A stretch of DNA of 63,631 nt, filler included, from Octopus bimaculoides (GCF_001194135.2; 5 parts of 5 records of this genome joined end to end with filler, not necessarily neighbours in it), one strand, 5' to 3'; shown: positions 1-13,991, numbered from the whole stretch's first letter. Program-made: numbers and translations. Notes: a model not told the origin generated them from the sequence alone.

Positions 1-38
<38 letters not shown>

Positions 39-41
39 TAT

Positions 42-250
42 TCAGACAAATACATAACAAAAACACCAGGACTTACAAATATATATAACATACAGAAAAT
101 TGCACTACTGGGTACTGCACACATTCTACGCAAAACACTTTCAATACAGTAAACATAAGAGTACCACAGCAAACCACAGCACATACCCAAGGCGCACAGA
201 GCTGCGCTCGGTAGTGAAGTGAAAGCACGTTATAAAAATAAAACTACTGA
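42..250 (+). mobile_element. 3' end of a Dong/R4-like (RLE) non-LTR retrotransposon between (AAT)n tracts
   Basis: Reads SDKYITKTPGLTNIYNIQKIALLGTAHILRKTLSIQ* (stop 150-152). It aligns by eye with the C-terminus of the 28618 ORF (PGLPSVQEVQKFVLTGTSHVLRKALS). A short 3'UTR and (AAT)n tail follow. Confidence 0.7.
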
Positions 251-269
251 ATAATAATAATAATAATAA

Positions 270-659
270 TTAACAACCTGATTCAGTACAAAGCAGTGGC
301 TCTCATGGCTTCTCATCTTAACTGATTGGATGTGTTATCATGTACATGTGTTGTCTTGGTATAATAAATGGGCTACAGCACCACAGATTCGCTTGTTAGT
401 TGTCTGACCTTAACCAGTTGAGTATATCCCTCAATGGCTGAGGCTATGTGCATGTCTGATCATGAACTGAAGTAGTGCGGGGAAATATAGCCATGTAAGG
501 AGAAAAATTTGGGCGGGGTTGAACAATTTACCTCTAGAAACATGGGTGTTTCGCTCATCATACTTAAACAAACCACATTCAGGTAACTTTTGAGCGGAAC
601 GGGCTAATCGATGTGAAGAAAATTCTAACTTGGATGGCGTACGCATTTCCCTCACTCGA

Positions 660-660
<1 letters not shown>
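270..660. repeat. Unclassified (AAT)n-flanked interspersed repeat
   Basis: Non-coding block bounded on both sides by AAT tracts. It resembles a recurrent octopus repeat from memory; the family is not determined. Confidence 0.35.
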
Positions 661-711
<51 letters not shown>

Positions 712-713
712 GT

Positions 714-915
714 TTTTACTTTAGTCACTAAGCCTGAAATTTGTTGGAGGGCACTAGTCGACTACTCGAACCCAGTGTTTCACTCGTACTTAATTTATCG
801 ATCCCGAAAGGATGAAAGGTAGAGCCGACCTCAGCGGAATTTGAACTCGGAACGTAGCGAAGAGCGAGATACTGTTAAGCATTTCGTCCAGTGAACCAAC
901 GATTCCTCCAGCCTG
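714..915 (-). mobile_element. SINE family C (tRNA-like head, conserved central domain TTTCATCCTTTCGGGATCGATAAATTAAGTAC, ATT tail)
   Basis: The same sequence recurs at 3003-3310, 10265-10378, 16964-17235 (opposite strand), 19020-19790, 26900-27020, 27980-28055 and 31677-32130. Confidence 0.75.
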
Positions 916-2380
916 CTGCATTCAACAAGAACAACAAATGCGCTGTGTTTTTGAGCAAGGTATTCTACTTCACCTTGCTGCAGTCCCCTCAGCTGGAAAA
1001 AAATGAGTTGTAGCTGTAATTCAAAGGGACCAGCCTTGTCACATTTTGTGTGAGGTTGAATAATAGTGATGACAACAACAACGCAAATAATGTTTCCTAA
1101 GTTTTGGCAGAAGGCCAGTATCTTAGAAAAGATGTGGGAACAAATTAATTTCATGGAATCCAGTACTTCAAAGGAACTTTATTTTTCGACCACTAAAAGA
1201 ATGAAAGGCAATATTCCACTTGCTTTTTTGCACGGATTTGAACTGAAATCGTAAAGCGCCAGAAGAATTACTGCTGAGCATTTTGGCCAATATTCTAATG
1301 ATCTTGCATTTAATAGTAATGTTAAGAGTAATAATAATTTATCTTCTCCATACAGATCACCACCAAACGGCTTCATTATCATCATCATCATCTTCCTCAA
1401 CATTTGTGATGATATAATACCTCAATGAAAGATTTCACTGCGGAAACAACCACCACCACCATCACCACCACCTTTAACATCACTATTATCGTAGTCCTCG
1501 TTGTCACTGTTCTTCTTTTTGTCTTGCTTCTTATCCTACTCCTCCCCTCCTGCTCCTTTTCCTTCTCCTCCTGCTCTTCCACATCGTCATCGTGGCTGTT
1601 GTATCATCGTTGTCTCCATCCTACTTTTCATCTTTCCTTTTGTCAGTACAATTGTTGTCATTGTCAACGTGTCTGTCATCGTCATTTTCCTTCTCGTTAT
1701 CGTCATCATAACCACCATCGTCATAAACATTAATACAAACAGCATCATTCTGAAAATTATCTTCAAATTTCTGAATAGCTGCAATAAAATCTAAGAACCT
1801 TAAGAAAAAAACAACAACAAAAGAACAAACATTAAAAGCAAAAAAAGAAGCTATAATATCACACCAAAATAAAGAGCAAAAAAAAAAGACAAATATCGTA
1901 ATAAAAAAAAAATAATGAAAACAATGTAATGAACAAGCAGCAAGCAACAACATCAAACATAAGAGCAAATGCGAACGGAAGAAATAGGAATAATTATGTA
2001 AGAGTTACTGCTAACATTTTATTAACATTACATTTAATTAAAACGACTTCAACAGCTACCGACAGAACGTTAATATGTGTGGTAGCGTAAATAACGTACA
2101 CGTCTATGACAGCAGAGCTTCCGTCACTGTTGCTGCTGTTGCTGCCAATAACCACAACAGCAGCAACAAGCGAACATCAACAATGGTTTCAAATTTCGCC
2201 ACAAGGCTAGCAGTATTGGTCTGAGGTGGGGTAGGTGTTAAATCGACAGCAGTGGTACTTTCGTCGATTGGTACTTACATTGATACGGGTACGATAAAGG
2301 ATGACATCGCCTTCGGCGGAATTTCACCTCAGAACGTTAAAAGCCGTACGGAATTGCTGCTATGTACATCTTTAACAGTG

Positions 2381-2762
2381 GAGGCGCAATGGCCCAGTGG
2401 TTAGGGCAGCAGACTCGCGGTCATAGTATCACGGTTTCGATTCCCAGACCGGGCGTTGTGAGTGTTTATTGAGCGAAAACACCTAAAGCTTCACGAGGCT
2501 CCGACAGAGGATGGTGACGAACCCTGCTGTACTCTTTCACCACAACTTTCTCTCACTCTTACTTCCTGTTTCTTTTGTGCCTGCAATTCAAGGGGTCAGC
2601 CTTGTCACACTGTGTCACACTGAATATCCCCGAGAACTACGTTAAGGGTACACGTGCCTGTGGAGTGCTCAGCCACTTGCATGTTAATTTCACGAGCAGG
2701 CGGTTCCGTTGATCGGATCAACTGGAACCTTCGACGTCGTAAGCGACGGAGTGCCAACAACA
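2381..2762 (+). mobile_element. Full-length tRNA-derived SINE (family D) with 15-bp TSD
   Basis: A-box TGGCCCAGTGG and B-box GTTTCGATTCC, (ACA)n tail. ACATCTTTAACAGTG is identical at 2366-2380 and 2763-2777. Fragments also occur at about 1005-1060 and 32960-33120. Confidence 0.85.
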
Positions 2763-3002
2763 ACATCTTTAACAGTGAAAATAGTTTAAAATTTTGGTAT
2801 AAAAGCCAGCTGCTTTAGGTGGAAGGAATTAGTTGTTCACATCAAGCTCAGTTCTTGACTGGTATTTTACTGACTCCAAACCTATGGAAGTCAGTGTCGA
2901 AGTCGACGGTGTTTGAACTCAGACAGTAAAGCGTCTGAAGAAGTACCGTTATACATTTTGTCCGACGCGTTAACGTATCTGCCAAAATGCCAATCAAATA
3001 AT

Positions 3003-3310
3003 CCTTTCTACTACAGGCACAAGGCCTGGAATTTTTGGGGAAAGGATAGTAGATTAAATCGACTCCAGTGTTTCACACTTGTACTTAATTTATCGACTCT
3101 GAAATGATGAAAGGCAAAGTCAACTCCGGTTGAATTTGAACTCATATCGCCGATTAAATAGTGGCTTCAAATTTTGGCTTCTGCCAAAGGCAAAGTCGAT
3201 GAAAGGCAAAATCGACCTCGGTGAAATTTGAGCTCAGAACGAAAAGACGGGCGCAATGTCGCTAAGCAATTTGTCCGATGCTTTAACGATTTTGTCACAT
3301 CGCCGATTGA
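3003..3310 (-). mobile_element. SINE family C, partially duplicated
   Basis: GATGAAAGGCAAAGTC/ATC...GAATTTGAACTC occurs twice; matches 714-915. Confidence 0.7.
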
Positions 3311-6300
3311 ATAAAATAACACTGATTATTGTAGAGTCAAGGCCTATGAGTTTGTGGGAGAGGGATAGCTTTACGTAGGGTTTGACAATGATATGTGAAT
3401 ATCATTGTGTCTCCTTGTATTAATATTATTATACCTCTTCAAATTGCAACATCACTGCTTCCAGTTAGTTAAACCAGAATACTTCAGTTACTCGATTACA
3501 TACACACACGCGCGCACATGTATACACACAACCCTCCACAAATTAATCTTGCTCTGATTTCACAAGTAGTTATGTTATGAGTTAACAAGAAATAAATGTT
3601 TGCATACATATGAATTCAAGTACCGTTCGTATTTGTAAAAAAGAACGTCTAATTTCATTTGTTATGCGATTCATATATTATTAGCTTCGATATTGTGAGA
3701 AAAATTTGAATGTATAGAATAAAAATTGTTAAATTGTAAAACACACATTGAAATAATGTGCAACAGAACGTAAGAGAATAAAAAGAACTTTGGAAAGCAA
3801 AACGTATCTAAAAGAGTGGGGCGGGTCATTTTGTAACAGTTTTCTTAAACATTAGTATATCAGTGATGTAAGCAATTGAAAATGTAAAAATATAAATACA
3901 ATTAGATTCGAAGAAAGGACAAAGGAAAAGATAGGATGGTGAAAATAATTAAATAAGTGAAAAGAGAAAGAAATATTGTGAATATATAATATAATGTATT
4001 TAAGAAAATCTTCTTTATCAATAAATATAAGATTGTGAGCAAAACTGTACATGAAATCTTTCATAATCATTGTATATTTGATCGAGTTATGGAACAATCC
4101 TTTTATGAGAAAAAAATGTATATGTTAACTGCAATGTATTACAAATAAATTTAGAATAAGCGATAATCATTTTCAGGTTATATACAATTGTACACTTGAA
4201 TGGAATTAGGATTATGAGAAAGTTGGGTGTTTTGTTGCGCATATTAGACAAAGATATAACAGAGCTGTAAGTGAGAGCACAGATGATTTATAAACTTGGT
4301 GGTAAATATTGACAAATATATCCGTGTAATAATTTACGAATATTTGTGGTACTATTGAGATAGTTACTTTATATGAGATAATCACTTCTACATGAATCAT
4401 AAGCCATGAGGAAGTGTGAGAGAAATTTTGATGTAAGTCTTAGAGTATCAAAGAAGATGCACAAAATATACATATTTATTTACTCATTACAAAGACCCTA
4501 TGTTTTCTTCAGTCTTTTGTAGCCATGCACCGCGCTAGTCATTTGATGTTTAAAAAATAGCTTTCTAGATACCTATTTCAAAAGTACAATTTTATGTTTC
4601 ACACGTTAACGTGTGTAGGTTGTACTATGTAAAACATTGGAGAAAGGAACCTAGCTGTTTCTTGCAAAACATATATCTAAAGGCATTCTACTTCATGGAA
4701 CACTGAAATAATACCTGGGACCCAATTTACTATTTTGCATGTGTGGACTCCATAAATCTTATATAGACCCCTAACAGATAATACGGACCCCGATGGAGAA
4801 TCACTATATTATATTAACATTTTACGAAGCGAGATAGTGTAGAGGACCTTCAAGGCATGTATGCTTTTTCTGTTCTTTCCCTTCATATAGAGCTGATAAT
4901 AAATACACTTGCACAAATTTTATTGAAGTCGTTTATATATTCCTTTAACTTTCAATGCGACACCGTACTTTATTCAATTTATATGAACACATATATAACA
5001 CTACGTATGGAACCGCTATCAAATGACATTACAAACATATTCTAAAATATTTTATTATATTTCTACGATACAATAAATCATATATGTTTATATAAGTATG
5101 TACATTGTTAATTGGAATTAGGAGGGAACTCAAGAAGTGAAACTCAACACTCGTAATTGTGAAGTTTCAGCCACAATTAACTATTATATTACTCTGTAGT
5201 TTAATTAAATCATATGTTCCGTGCTTTATGAGCTAACTTGTATTGCGTTACACATACATACGTGTCTCTCTCTCTCTCTCACACACACACAAGTATGTGG
5301 GTCTCTGTATGTGTGTATACAAATGCGTGCGCGCACACGCATGTATATATATGTGTGTGTGTGTGTGTGTTTGTGTGTGTATATGTATGTGCATGGGTGG
5401 ATATGTTTATACATGTGTATATATATACCGTGTGACAGACAGAGAGAGAGAGAGGATAGAAAGAGGGAGTGTGTGTATGTGTGTGTGTGTGTATGTGTGT
5501 GTGTGTTAGAGAGAGAGAGTACTCTTAAGTATCAAGGAAGTAAATTATCGAGTTTCCAACACCCATGCTCTTCTCGCTATGAAACAGAAAACCTATAAGA
5601 GGTTTCAGGGAGTGAATAAGTAAGAAAATGCGTTGCCATGTTATTTATGACGTAGTATATAATAATCGTGGAATTTGGAGCAAGATATTTGCACAGATAA
5701 ATGCAGTTGCTACACCACGTTCAAATATACTGTACATTGCCTTTGGAAGCTAATTCAATTTGCATCACGCCATCGAGATCTTATTAAATCCTGTTTGTAA
5801 ATCAGGATATTTCAAAAGGATATTTTCAAATATTAGACCGAAAATATTTTGTAGAAATTTGCAAGAGATTATTCTATCCAGTATTAAATTTAATTATTTA
5901 TCTACCACATGTATGCGTTTGTGCGCTTAGTTATGTCGGATTTACCCAATTCTCGATTAATCTGTACTTCCATTTGTAGTATGTTCCTTAAAACATACTT
6001 GAAAAAAAATGCCCATCACATTTCTGTGATATCCATTATCACTCGGCTGATTAACCTGACAGTATACAATACCGTCTTATTTTAAGAGAGGGTAGAATAA
6101 ACAGGCTTTTAATATTAATATCGTAACGGTAATAAAATAATAACTGTATCTTAATCGAACTTACTTTCAAGATTTAGTGTAGCAGTTTACTGTTAGACAA
6201 TACGTCAAACGTAGCAGCGTGAATGTAATTCAATATGTTTCAAATCTAGATCTCGTATATATAGGTCAAATAAACCTTGTGGATGCCAAGTTTTCTATAA

Positions 6301-7262
6301 TGATTTTAACCATGTTAAGATTTTGTCTGAGAACACCAGGGTAACAAAAGTCTTATAAGAAGTTTCTATATACTCAACCTGTCTTCTCAAGTAGTCGATA
6401 ACTCTCCTTACTCATAACGCGTATATATATANNNNNNNNNNNNNNNNNNNNNNNNNNNNNNNNNNNNNNNNNNNNNNNNNNNNNNNNNNNNNNNNNNNNN
6501 NNNNNNNNNNNNNNNNNNNNNNNNNNNNNNNNNNNNNNNNNNNNNNNNNNNNNNNNNNNNNNNNNNNNNNNNNNNNNNNNNNNNNNNNNNNNNNNNNNNN
6601 NNNNNNNNNNNNNNNNNNNNNNNNNNNNNNNNNNNNNNNNNNNNNNNNNNNNNNNNNNNNNNNNNNNNNNNNNNNNNNNNNNNNNNNNNNNNNNNNNNNN
6701 NNNNNNNNNNNNNNNNNNNNNNNNNNNNNNNNNNNNNNNNNNNNNNNNNNNNNNNNNNNNNNNNNNNNNNNNNNNNNNNNNNNNNNNNNNNNNNNNNNNN
6801 NNNNNNNNNNNNNNNNNNNNNNNNNNNNNNNNNNNNNNNNNNNNNNNNNNNNNNNNNNNNNNNNNNNNNNNNNNNNNNNNNNNNNNNNNNNNNNNNNNNN
6901 NNNNNNNNNNNNNNNNNNNNNNNNNNNNNNNNNNNNNNNNNNNNNNNNNNNNNNNNNNNNNNNNNNNNNNNNNNNNNNNNNNNNNNNNNNNNNNNNNNNN
7001 NNNNNNNNNNNNNNNNNNNNNNNNNNNNNNNNNNNNNNNNNNNNNNNNNNNNNNNNNNNNNNNNNNNNNNNNNNNNNNNNNNNNNNNNNNNNNNNNNNNN
7101 NNNNNNNNNNNNNNNNNNNNNNNNNNNNNNNNNNNNNNNNNNNNNNNNNNNNNNNNNNNNNNNNNNNNNNNNNNNNNNNNNNNNNNNNNNNNNNNNNNNN
7201 NNNNNNNNNTTTCTCAGACAGATTGTTTCTCTTTGTCCTACACACTCTCTCTTTTTCAGGGT

Positions 7263-7312
<50 letters not shown>

Positions 7313-8155
7313 GCAGCCCTATTCGATCTCATGATTTTATGTAATCATGCATTTACTAGACAAGATACAAACAGACAGGCATATATATATATATATATGC
7401 AAATACGCACACAGAAATAGATATGTTTATACATTGTACGTACATGAATACGTACCTAAACGCACTTAGATGCATTCATACTAAAATATTAATAACAATG
7501 ATAACGCAGTGTAATCCAGGAGATTATAACAGGATCGATATGCACTGCGTTAATATTTTTATTTTCAGTATTTCAAGTTCCGAGTTCGAATCGTATCGAG
7601 GGCAATATTGTAGCTCATTAGGCATCTGTCCTACATCATGGCTTGATGACTAGTGTTGTTTTGTTTACGTTACCGTAATATTTGCGTCTCGTAATACGTG
7701 ACCAACAGAATAAGTAACAAACTGAAAAAAATAAAAGCCCCAGGACATTGGAACTCAGATCATGATGTCTGAAGAAATGCTACTAAGCATTTCACTCTGA
7801 ACTACTTGATAGGGCAATTCTATACCAAGAATTAGAAAGATAGTGTAGACGGTCATTCCATGACTTATGATAGATCTACGTTCGATAGAATCAATAACAA
7901 CAAATAATACATTACATCACTTTCTTCGCATAGTAAGTCTTGGAAATAAACTGCTGCCTGACATATTTTCCTGATGTTATGCCTTGAATATTATTTTGTT
8001 TTCTGAACCGTATCGGCATTATATAAATATTACTGGGGAACATGCTTATATCAATAATCATGTTTAATGCTTACATATACTCTCTCCCAGTCCTCTTTCT
8101 CCTTCTGTTCCCTCCTCTTTCCCTGTCATATATAATAAATATGCATATGCATTAT

Positions 8156-8187
<32 letters not shown>

Positions 8188-11100
8188 ACACACACATATA
8201 TANNNNNNNNNNNNNNNNNNNNNNNNNNNNNNNNNNNNNNNNNNNNNNNNNNNNNNNNNNNNNNNNNNNNNNNNNNNNNNNNNNNNNNNNNNNNNNNNNN
8301 NNNNNNNNNNNNNNNNNNNNNNNNNNNNNNNNNNNNNNNNNNNNNNNNNNNNNNNNNNNNNNNNNNNNNNNNNNNNNNNNNNNNNNNNNNNNNNNNNNNN
8401 NNNNNNNNNNNNNNNNNNNNNNNNNNNNNNNNNNNNNNNNNNNNNNNNNNNNNNNNNNNNNNNNNNNNNNNNNNNNNNNNNNNNNNNNNNNNNNNNNNNN
8501 NNNNNNNNNNNNNNNNNNNNNNNNNNNNNNNNNNNNNNNNNNNNNNNNNNNNNNNNNNNNNNNNNNNNNNNNNNNNNNNNNNNNNNNNNNNNNNNNNNNN
8601 NNNNNNNNNNNNNNNNNNNNNNNNNNNNNNNNNNNNNNNNNNNNNNNNNNNNNNNNNNNNNNNNNNNNNNNNNNNNNNNNNNNNNNNNNNNNNNNNNNNN
8701 NNNNNNNNNNNNNNNNNNNNNNNNNNNNNNNNNNNNNNNNNNNNNNNNTATATATATATATACACACACATACACATATACTCACACACATACACATATA
8801 TTTATACGTACGTTCGTACCTATGTACGTAAGAATATCGTGGTGTCTAACGCATATATAATATCGCAATTAAATAATTCTGTATAAGAATATATATATAC
8901 CTAGCTATTTCTCTAAAATAGTTTTGTGGCTGCAATGCCTGAAGTGAACATGTGAATCTGACAGCTAAATCATGGTGATTTTGACCTGTTTGGGTTTCCT
9001 TCAATGTACCAGCAGTGAAATCGCAGCATGTTCTGTTAGACATATTGTTTGCATGTGCACAGGAATTGAAAATTAATTATACAATGTGTAGATTTGGCAA
9101 CAATTCTTTAACAAGCATTAGAATATCTTAATGTATTCTGGAATAAAATCTACCTCCAAATAACTCTTTAGTATTTCTAGCTATGTTCACTTCAATGCAT
9201 ATTGCTATCTACATAAGGTGTAACTGGTAGAATTAAATATTTAGCATAGCTATAAGAATCTATCAACGGTATTTTAGAATCTAACAATGGTATTTTAGAG
9301 AATTTGTTCGCTTAAAAAATAATGCGTAATTTGTTGACAGCATTCCAAAAAGGAAGCATTGAACAGTCTCTCGAAGTGTATAAAATCTTATGACGCCAAC
9401 ACCACGGAGGTAAAAACAAAGTTTCTAAAGTGGAAATTGAAGCTTGGATTGTTTTTTTTGCTATGGTAGAATGCCTTCTATGTGTGCAGGAGACGTGGTT
9501 TCATTTCCTACTAACAGCCTTCGACAGTTTTCTTCCACCCAAAGGGTTTTAACCCATAATTTACACGATTCTATTTATAGATAGACAGATAATATATGCA
9601 AATGCATATGTGTGTGTGTTTTTTCTTTAGCAGGAATATTGTTGACAGTGAATAGAAGAAGACATAGATGTATGTATGTATTCTTTATATATTCATATGC
9701 TGTTTCAATAAATTACTGAATATAATTTTCTGTGATAACGGGTTAGGCAGATGTTCGGATTCTTCCGTAATTCTTCGACGATTATTTGCCTTGTAGTGTA
9801 TAAGAAGTATATATAAGTGGTATATACGACAGCCTGATGCAAGCGACATTTGCCCAGTCTACTGGCTAATAACGTTTGTGACAAGCTGTCGTTCTTGAAT
9901 TAATTTCACTTGAATTACCATCAATGATCCAGCGACAGATGAGAGGAAATATGATATAAATTTATAAGAAAATAATTACAAATGTCAACTTGAAGTAAGA
10001 CAACATTGTGGATTTCTGTCAGCCGTAAACAAGGAGTATTTTAGTAATTGGTTAAGGAGTGATAAGAGAAACTAGCAGCAAAAAGTGTCTTCTCCAGCAT
10101 GATCCATGTCATTGAACGCGATTATTTAATGAAGCCAGGATGTTAGTACGTTTACGAGAGCGCCAAGCATGTGTGTGTGTGTGTGATATGGAGAGAGAGC
10201 CCATGTGTGTAAGTGTGTATGGCAATTTGATTATTTTTACATTCTGTAATGATAATAATATCTTATTTTACTTAGGCGCAAGGCCCAGAATTTTTGGGGA
10301 GGGGCCAGCTGATTAGATTGACTCCAGTACGCAACTAGTACTTAATTTATCGACCATGAAAGGATGAAAGACAAAATCGGATGTACCATTATCCGGTATT
10401 TTCTATCATTTGTGAACTAATTTCAAATCTTTAAATCCGACTTAAAATGGAAGTTGTTCTGGAACACCGAATACTGCATTATTTATATAGAGAAATCCTC
10501 TCATATGGCCTCATCGTACATAAAAGTACTCTCGTATTTATATCTTTGACAGACGAGAATCGTTTACTACGGCCGCCGGAGCAGCCAGATTACATGATTT
10601 TACTCCGCCCGGACTCCTCAGTGGCAGACGTCCGGAGCCGCATAACAGCCGAATCTCCCTGTGAACGATATGAGTGCTTTTATATACCAAGAATCCATAT
10701 TAGAGGCTCTCCTCCATATAAATAACGCAGTATTCTTTATTCTAACACAATGTCTACATTAAGTTGGATATAAAGATTGCCTTTTGAAGTTAATACTGCT
10801 TCTATTGTTATTAAAGTGAAGGTGACTTCGCTGAATGAATCCACAGAAAAGCTTATGTTATTCCATACCCCTGATACGTTGTGGGTCTTTATTGTGTATG
10901 AATGTTGATACGGCATAAGCACGGCTTCAATGGAAACAGCGGTCATGTTAAGACTATTATATAACTCCTCTCCTTTATTTTGTATTTTTTATTTCGCGTT
11001 CTGTATTCTGCTTTCCATGCAAATATACGCATTAAACATATAAGTGCTTCTCTGCTTTTCTACTTATAAATATGTATGTACTTCTGTGTTGTGTTGTGTT

Positions 11101-11827
11101 GTGTGTTTGTTTGCGTATGTGTGTGTATGTGTCTCTGTGTGCGTTTGTGTATGCGTGTGTATGTGCCGCTGTGTGCGTTTTTGCATGTGTGTGTATGTGC
11201 CTCTGTGTGCGTTTGTGTATGTGTGTGTGTGATCGTGAAATGCCAAATCGGAAAATTTATTTAACTAACCTAGATAAGCTGCAGTGATAATTTCAAAGTG
11301 TTTTACGCGTACATTTAAATCACTTTATACGACAAAGATTTCATCTCAGATTCGTTATTCATAGTGTTTGCAGTGTTGACTCAGCTAAGTAGATGATGAC
11401 AAGGAGATCAGAGAATGGAGTAAAACGAAGTTTATCAAGGTGATATTACTTCTTTTACAGTGACATTACGGATTTTGCATAAAATGAAAAAAGCTTGCGC
11501 ATATACTGAAGAAAGTCAAAATATTGAGCAAAGATACCCGCACTATGACATTCACGATAATAAGCATGTACAAGAGGAAAAGTGAAATTTTCCGACTGGA
11601 AGCTTAAGAATAATTGTGAAATATTGCGAACCGGGATATAAGGATGCAGAGATATCGAAAAAATATCTATGTAGATGATACTATACGAGTCCTCAGAAAT
11701 ATATAAAAGTTAATTTAAGAATAACTTTTCTTCCAGCTTAAAACTGATGTACGGAATACAGTTTAGCACTCATAATACCTTAAAAACTTTGAGCTAACCA
11801 ATGATGATATATTCAATTGAGAGGACA

Positions 11828-11828
<1 letters not shown>

Positions 11829-11894
<66 letters not shown>
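11829..11894. repeat. (TATC)n microsatellite
   Basis: Directly visible. It is one of many CA, TA, AAT, TATG and TATC tracts (e.g. 5260-5520, 14135-14332, 58474-58570, 62500-62750). Confidence 0.95.
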
Positions 11895-13870
11895 AATTAC
11901 TTTCAACATGCTAAACGCGATAATTATATATTTTACATGTACAAGTGTATATAATTTCTGATAAAATAATCTAACACAGTAAGAGGACATAACTGACAAA
12001 ATCCCTCAAATTTTTTAATAGAATTTCTTCCGTGGAATCATTATTAAATATTATGGTTTTATTGCTAAGTCAAACACTATCTTTGTTTTATTCATTTCAT
12101 TAACATGATCATTCCGTTGGTTTAATAACAGCATTTCGTCCACAGGAGTCTTTAACAGGAGCTACACTTTTACAAACATCCGTGCTAGGTTTCCGATCTG
12201 AGGAAACATTATTCCATTTCGTTTACTTCACCAGTCTGAGAGGGTTTATAACTGAAATTAATGTAATTATATGCTTGAGAATACACTAATTAATTTTTTG
12301 TTAAAAGCGGATATAAGGTAAAACCAAATTGAATTACCACTTAGAAAAGGATGTGAAAATATGTTCTTTAAAATTTCAGCGAGTATGAAAAACATCGCAG
12401 CAGTAATCATGGAAGATAATATCAATCTCGAATCAATAAGCATACCTCCATTCATTGATCGATAAAAATTCAATTCCAATATTCTTCGATACTTTAGCGA
12501 AACTACACCGCAAATATGGTAAATGATTTGAACATGTATTTTGTAAATGAGAAGATAATTGTAAGAACGTTGTTGAAAATTCAACAATTTGATGTCAAAT
12601 TATAATGCTGGATTTAAGGTACTTGAATTATGTTGAATGATCCGGTGACAAATGGTGCTGATGAAGTTTAATATGAAAATCTATAAAACAATAAAAAGAC
12701 ACTGTCTCCCTCAAGTAAGACAACATCTTAGATTTCTATTAGCCGTAATAAGAAGCTGTTTACATAAATTGTTTAAGAAGCGATGCGAGAACCTAACTAG
12801 AAAAAATACCTTTTCGATCATGATGATCTGAAACAATTTTCAGCTCAAGTTGTGGACAACCAATGAAATCGAAAATGGATTTAATGAACATTTGAAGAAC
12901 GTTAGGATATGAATCTCTCATCTTTATTAAGAAGAATGAGTACGATATGAACAAATCAGCATTTATAGGATTTGTTTTCTCTCAACCGTAAAATAATTTA
13001 AAGTAGAAAATCATTATCTTGCACTCGAGTCAAAAGACGCTTGAAATTTACTCTACAGCACTAACATTCAAACATGACAAGAATAATTCATGACAGCAAT
13101 ACACCGTCATTTAGGACAGAAACTATTTCTGCAGTTGAACAGTAAACCTTCATTTAAGTAGAATAATTATACTCGAGTCATAGCTGTTATCGACATATTG
13201 AAGCAAATATAAATTTGTAGAATTCATTTGCACCAAATTACTGATTTTAAAGCTGCAATGTACTTTGTTTTGTTCTGATATATTTTGTTGATATTTGTCC
13301 TTACAACTTCCTTCATTTTTTTTTTATTTCTTAATAAAAGAAAACTAGAATTTTAAGTAGAATTCCATTTACTCACTTTCCATTAGCGTATTATTTATGA
13401 TGGAATGCAAAACAAATCTTCATACCTAGGTATATACACGCATTCATATATTTATGTGTGTGCGTGTGTGTGTGTATGTGATAGTTTGTGAGTATGAATG
13501 TGTGTGCGTGTGTAGATATATATATATNNNNNNNNNNNNNNNNNNNNNNNNNNNNNNNNNNNNNATATTCTTTTTGTATGTATGTTCGTATGTATCACAT
13601 GTATTTCTTCCTCTACAAAAATATATATAAAATGAGATTCAACTACACATCTAATACAATAATAAATTATATAAAATAATATTCTATGTGTAAATAACAA
13701 CAAACACAGCAAGAATAATGATAACGATAAAAAAAAAACGCAGTATTAAAGCAAAGTAAAGAACGAATTGAAATATATTTTATCTCATATAACACGAACA
13801 AGAAGGTGAAGTAGAATATATTAAATATTGTGGAATGTTGCGGAAATAATCGTTTTGAAAATTTGCTAGT

Positions 13871-13991
13871 TTTATTAATATTTCTGCCATTTGTTTCAAT
13901 TAAAATTTTGTTTCATTTTTGGCATCGTTCTCAGTAGATCTCTGCAAAATTCAATATTGCAATATCATTTGTGGAGAAATAATTTATATTC
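13871..13991 (-). CDS. Candidate terminal exon of the EF-hand gene (EYKLFLHK*, AATAAA at 13876-13871)
   Basis: Strong acceptor tttttctttctcgttcacacttcccag; the phase-0 reading fits exon H. It lies across a scaffolding gap and has no independent support. Confidence 0.3.
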
